This document shows positions 27,235-32,000 of a stretch of 32,000 bases of DNA, piece after piece. The position numbers and the translations under genes are program-made. The stretch is taken from contig NC_016012.1 of the NCBI RefSeq assembly GCF_000283555.1, forward strand, positions 1,320,001 to 1,352,000. Reading direction: 5' to 3'. Positions within the stretch are counted from its first letter, which is position 1; every line of letters begins with the position of its first letter. The notes beneath the pieces are model-generated. The model made no database searches. It had not been told where the DNA came from and worked only from the letters and a program-made list of their open reading frames with translations. Origin of the DNA: Candidatus Arthromitus sp. SFB-rat-Yit (lineage in GTDB: Bacteria > Bacillota > Clostridia > Clostridiales > Clostridiaceae).

Positions 27235-30200
27235 TTATATTGTTAAATCTATTGTTTTCATATTTTTAATTATTATAAAATCATCTTCATAATTTTCTCC
27301 ATCTATTTTCAAACATTTGTTATGACCTTTTTTCACAATAATTTCAAAATTTTCATTAAATAAATTACATTCTACCCTATAATCATCCCAAGAAGAAGGA
27401 ATATGAGGTTTTATATAAAATCCATTCTCCCTTAAATTTATACCCAAGATATCTTCAATAACTACTCTATAAAATATCGAAGAAATATAGTTAAAATCCT
27501 CATTAATTACCTTAAATAAATTATTACCCCTAAATAATAATTTATATGGAATAAAATATGGTTCAGATTTATATGAATTCACATCATTTCTACTTATTGT
27601 TCTTAATATAGGATTTAAAAAACTCATATACTTATACGCCCTATCATTCAAGTTAAGCTTAAATAATTCTCTTATAAATAACAATAATGTTTTATTATTT
27701 TGAATGCTATCGAACTCTCTTACAATATTTGTTGTTTTATCAAAATACTCTCTTATAAATCCTAACTCATCATTAACTAAATATTTTTCAATTGAACCTA
27801 TTACCTTATTAACAGTTTCATGAACAATTCCTAAAGACAATACCTGAGGCAACAAATGTATATCATTACATATTTTTTTATTTTCATTAACATTTAATTT
27901 GTTTATATAAAACTCTCCATTAAAACATTTGTTGCTAAGGAATTCTAATAAATCTTCTTTGCTTCTAATAATTACACTCTTAACATTTTCATCATGCATA
28001 CACATAGCAACATCAAAAAAAGCATCTAACGTTTTATAAAGCATAAATAATACACTAGTTTCAGTAATATCTTTTCCTATTAAAGTCCTAAATTCAGTAT
28101 ACCTATTTATAACTTTCAAACATTTATCATATATGGTTGAAGATTTAATTTCTAAATTTTTATTTTCAATACTATTTACAAATTTTATATCCATCTTCAA
28201 TAATTCAATATCTCTAGTTACTTTTATGTAATCACTAACTAAATAAACCAAACTTAATAAATCATATGGATTTGAATTTATTTCATACTCTTTACTTAAA
28301 TAACTCCATTTATCCCTAAATCTACCATCTTCATACATATTTGAAAAAACCTTAATTATATTCTTTTTACTTTTTTGGGGATCTAAATAATTATAAATTA
28401 AACATTTTTCCATCAAATCAACACATGAATTTAATTCCCCTTTATTTGAACTATTTAATAAAAACTTTTCATTATCATTTTGATGTAGAACCCATCCATT
28501 AATAAGAATATCTATAAATGCATCTTGAGTATTAATTTTAAATATTTTACATTGATTTTTAAATAATTTTTCATTTTCATCATTCATATCATCAAATAAA
28601 GTAGGATTTTTTATAAACTCATTAATCTCATAATTTATATTTTCAATATTATCATCATAACCTAAAATTGCATATACATTTTTTTCCTCATTAGCTTTTA
28701 GTTTTAAATCTCCTGAAATACATAAACATGACTCTAAAAATATTCCCGATAAATTACTCAGTTTATCTTTATACATTCCCACAGGATTAAAGTATCCTTT
28801 ATTAATACCTAAAAACTCTCTTTTACTTCCAGTAAAAGATACATTATCACAACCAAATAATTTTAAATAACTCTTTATATTACTAAAATATCTAGATAAA
28901 CTATTCTGACCATAAATATACTTCAAATCAAAATCTATATATGTATATAGATTTTTAGAATAATCATTATTAGAAGATAATAACAATGGTGCAAAATAAC
29001 ACACACTTAACGACTTATCACGTGAAGATAAATTTTTAAAATTAATTCGTATTATCTTATACTTCTTATTATCAGGTATAAAATACTTAACTTCTGTTTG
29101 TAAATCATTATATTTATTTCGTATTTTTGTATAATTGAACGAATTATAAATTATATAATCTTCACCATTACTAATAGGATTTAATGTTGGAGACCATACT
29201 ACATTACCATCTTTTATGTAAATACACTCACCTTTATAATTATAATTATCCTTACCTAATTCCTCTGTAATTAAAAATTCCTTACACTCAAAAGCCCAAG
29301 TATTAACAAATCCTTTAGATGATATAATGGTAAAAATATGCTTATTACTTAAAATATTCCTATAATAATTTGGAGTTATATTTGTATCATTTAATTTAAG
29401 TATATATTCGAAATTATTTAAATCAAATCCTCCATATGAATTATAGAATTTAAGATCATTCTTAGCTATATCATACTTTATAATATTATCATAATTAGTA
29501 ATCTCATCTGATATTTCAAATAAATACTTATTATACGGTATTGGTATATAACTATATGATGCGTCACTTCGATCATTATCTATTTCAATTAATCTATTGC
29601 TCTTATCTTCTTTTAAATTTTCTCGAAAATCTTTAATCTTAAATCCTATCTGATCATATACACTATCTCCACCGGGAACTATATGTAAATTAGAAATACT
29701 CTTTACGATATCACATGCATTTTTGTATAAACTCGATAAAATGATATATATGCCATTATCTACATTCATTTTATTTTTTAAATCATATCTCAATATAATC
29801 TTATCTATTTCATTGTCTATATTTTTATCATAGCTTATATAACTATTTAAAATTATCAAATTAACATCTAACCTATTTATTGAAAAATATGAAAAAGCTT
29901 TAATTAAAATTTCTAAATTATTTAAATCCTTGAATGAATTAATCTCTATAGATAAAATCGGTATATTAGGATTTACATTATGCGAAATTAAATCATTAAT
30001 ATTAAATCGATTATTAATAATTCTATCATCATTATTAACTCCATATATCATAGATGATGTCATATAATTAAATAAAGATAACTCTATTAATGTTATATTC
30101 AAATTAGATATCATCGATTTTAAATTATATCCATTACTCTTTAATAATCCATTTATAATACCCATGTTCTTATATTTCTCAATAGTATTATATAACTCTT

Positions 30201-32000
30201 CCTTACTCTCATTAATCGAATTTAAAAAATATACACTCAAATGATCATATGGCTCCAATTCTATTTTAGCTCTTAGGCTCATAATAGAATCACTACCATT
30301 TGAAATATAGTTCCCATAAGATGACCCTACATTCATAGAAATGGGATATTGAATTGTTCCATTTCTACCTATAAAACTTTCTTTTCTACCTTCAAACTCT
30401 ATTCTATCTAAAATATCGCCACCCGCATATATACTATGACCCATAAATAAATTGCCTTTTTCATTACCACATATACATATATTTTTATTATTAATATAAT
30501 CTATACTAGAGTTTATAATATCGCTTTCAAAATAACTGGTTATTTCTATATTTTTTCTCTGAGATGTTAAATTTTTTAATATTATTTTTCTTACTTCTAT
30601 ATTTTCATCCTTAGATACACTAATTTCGCTCGTAACATTTATTGATTTATTCTTACATGTGAATTTAATTTTATTAAAATCAAATTCACATATATAATCT
30701 AAATTATCATTTTTACAAGGTAAATATGTATTGCTAAACAACTCATTATTATCTAAATCTTTTATATAAATACTTCCCCATGAATTCTCATTAGTAAAGT
30801 CTTTACTTAACTTTGAAATATATTTATCTTTATACTTTAAATAACCTCCACCACTGCTACTCATGCATATAGAATAATCTCTATTTGAATAAATTTGCAT
30901 ATCATATAAGTTATTCTTTCTATATTTAACTACTCTTGGAATAAAATCATTTTCCAATGAATCTATACTATTTATAAAATTAAATTCTTCTTTATATTTT
31001 TTAACACATATATTTAAACTACTCTCAGTTAACAATTCTTCTACACTCTTAACATCCATAATCTCTTCAAATCTATCTTGAAATACATCATTTATTAAAA
31101 TATTTGAGAGTGCCATTAAACTCATTCCTTGATGATGTGCCATATAATTTTTTACAATAGCATATCTATCACCATTTTTCATTCTCGATTTAGTGAAATC
31201 TATAGCTTCATAGAATCCATATCTACCAAGTGCTCCTAATTTACACAAATAATTTAAATTTTTACTCGATCCTATATAATCAACCATTAGACTCATTATA
31301 CTCGAATATGGGCTAACAACTAAATTATCAAAATCTTTTTTAATCGATAAATCTGGAACACCAAATGCTCTATATTGATAATTCAATTCACTATCTAATT
31401 CATAAAAACATGACTCTGATATACCAAAAGGTATTTTATTTAAATTAGCATATTTAATCTGGGATAACACACATCCTCTATATGTATCAAAAAACATTGT
31501 TCCAGGATATTGCTTCATATATAGCATTGGCATTAAATATTCAAACATAGTCCCAGTCCAAGATAATAAGGTCTTAATTCCATTTTGTTCAATTCCATTC
31601 CTACCTAATTTAAACCAATGCTCAATTGGAAGATCCCCTTTAGCAATTCCTAAAAAACTTGCAATTCTAACTTCTGATGCCAATAAATCATAACAATTTT
31701 CATCTAACTTATCATTCTCACAATCATATCCTATAGATAATAAATTCTTACCTTCCTTATATAAAAATTTAAAATCCATTAAATTAATTTTATCAGACAA
31801 TCTGTGTATCAGAGAATATACATTATCTATCAATTTCCTTATATTATATAATATACCTGAAATCTTTATATCTACTAATTCATTTCTAACAGAAGAATTA
31901 TTATAATTTGTCTTATATTCTAGAATCCTTTTTTCCAATTCATTTAAATTAACATCTATAAATAATTGACCAAATTTATTTGCCTTAAAATTATCTATTT
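27235..32000 (-). CDS. Cyclic beta-1,2-glucan synthase (NdvB)-like protein, C-terminal part: glycoamylase-like domain plus GH94-type carbohydrate-binding/catalytic regions; N-terminus beyond window
   Basis: GTMFEYLMPMLYMKQYPGTMFFDTYRG, GISESCFYELDSELNYQYRAFGVPDLSIKK, GALGRYGFYEAIDF, KNYMAHHQGMSLMAL. The track start (TTG 31938) is internal; frame stays open to 32000. Confidence 0.85.
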   Translation of the reverse strand, partial: IDNFKANKFGQLFIDVNLNELEKRILEYKTNYNNSSVRNELVDIKISGILYNIRKLIDNVYSLIHRLSDKINLMDFKFLYKEGKNLLSIGYDCENDKLDENCYDLLASEVRIASFLGIAKGDLPIEHWFKLGRNGIEQNGIKTLLSWTGTMFEYLMPMLYMKQYPGTMFFDTYRGCVLSQIKYANLNKIPFGISESCFYELDSELNYQYRAFGVPDLSIKKDFDNLVVSPYSSIMSLMVDYIGSSKNLNYLCKLGALGRYGFYEAIDFTKSRMKNGDRYAIVKNYMAHHQGMSLMALSNILINDVFQDRFEEIMDVKSVEELLTESSLNICVKKYKEEFNFINSIDSLENDFIPRVVKYRKNNLYDMQIYSNRDYSICMSSSGGGYLKYKDKYISKLSKDFTNENSWGSIYIKDLDNNELFSNTYLPCKNDNLDYICEFDFNKIKFTCKNKSINVTSEISVSKDENIEVRKIILKNLTSQRKNIEITSYFESDIINSSIDYINNKNICICGNEKGNLFMGHSIYAGGDILDRIEFEGRKESFIGRNGTIQYPISMNVGSSYGNYISNGSDSIMSLRAKIELEPYDHLSVYFLNSINESKEELYNTIEKYKNMGIINGLLKSNGYNLKSMISNLNITLIELSLFNYMTSSMIYGVNNDDRIINNRFNINDLISHNVNPNIPILSIEINSFKDLNNLEILIKAFSYFSINRLDVNLIILNSYISYDKNIDNEIDKIILRYDLKNKMNVDNGIYIILSSLYKNACDIVKSISNLHIVPGGDSVYDQIGFKIKDFRENLKEDKSNRLIEIDNDRSDASYSYIPIPYNKYLFEISDEITNYDNIIKYDIAKNDLKFYNSYGGFDLNNFEYILKLNDTNITPNYYRNILSNKHIFTIISSKGFVNTWAFECKEFLITEELGKDNYNYKGECIYIKDGNVVWSPTLNPISNGEDYIIYNSFNYTKIRNKYNDLQTEVKYFIPDNKKYKIIRINFKNLSSRDKSLSVCYFAPLLLSSNNDYSKNLYTYIDFDLKYIYGQNSLSRYFSNIKSYLKLFGCDNVSFTGSKREFLGINKGYFNPVGMYKDKLSNLSGIFLESCLCISGDLKLKANEEKNVYAILGYDDNIENINYEINEFIKNPTLFDDMNDENEKLFKNQCKIFKINTQDAFIDILINGWVLHQNDNEKFLLNSSNKGELNSCVDLMEKCLIYNYLDPQKSKKNIIKVFSNMYEDGRFRDKWSYLSKEYEINSNPYDLLSLVYLVSDYIKVTRDIELLKMDIKFVNSIENKNLEIKSSTIYDKCLKVINRYTEFRTLIGKDITETSVLFMLYKTLDAFFDVAMCMHDENVKSVIIRSKEDLLEFLSNKCFNGEFYINKLNVNENKKICNDIHLLPQVLSLGIVHETVNKVIGSIEKYLVNDELGFIREYFDKTTNIVREFDSIQNNKTLLLFIRELFKLNLNDRAYKYMSFLNPILRTISRNDVNSYKSEPYFIPYKLLFRGNNLFKVINEDFNYISSIFYRVVIEDILGINLRENGFYIKPHIPSSWDDYRVECNLFNENFEIIVKKGHNKCLKIDGENYEDDFIIIKNMKTIDLTI

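Overview
AT-rich Firmicutes/Clostridia chromosomal window. Gene content and codon usage suggest a segmented filamentous bacterium-like (Candidatus Arthromitus/Savagella) spore-former; this is inference only. No rRNA, tRNA, CRISPR array, transposon or prophage was recognised. Housekeeping genes: leuS, trpS, tyrS, prfC, an oligoendopeptidase F-type pair, NdpA-like nucleoid protein, LacI regulator, HesB-like protein, SNF2/SWIM helicase, GGDEF protein, metallophosphoesterase, small RelA/SpoT synthetase, dpaA (spoVFA). Most unusual parts: (i) two tandem, probably exported, low-complexity repeat proteins at the left edge (one truncated by the window and absent from the ORF track), the second with a six-copy 15-aa Asp/Tyr/Gly array; (ii) a membrane-anchored M28-fold protein that appears to have lost nearly all metal/catalytic residues; (iii) an alpha/beta hydrolase whose full-length frame has no ATG/GTG/TTG start and seems to begin at ATT or ATA after a good Shine-Dalgarno; (iv) the C-terminal part of a giant cyclic-beta-glucan-synthase-like protein at the right edge with apparently degenerate GH94 catalytic motifs; (v) four small ORFs (50-54 aa) with good ribosome binding sites, absent from the ORF track; (vi) a relatively GC-rich, possibly structured leader before a zinc-ribbon gene; (vii) a SigmaK-like promoter before dpaA. 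No confident novel defence or mobile system was found.
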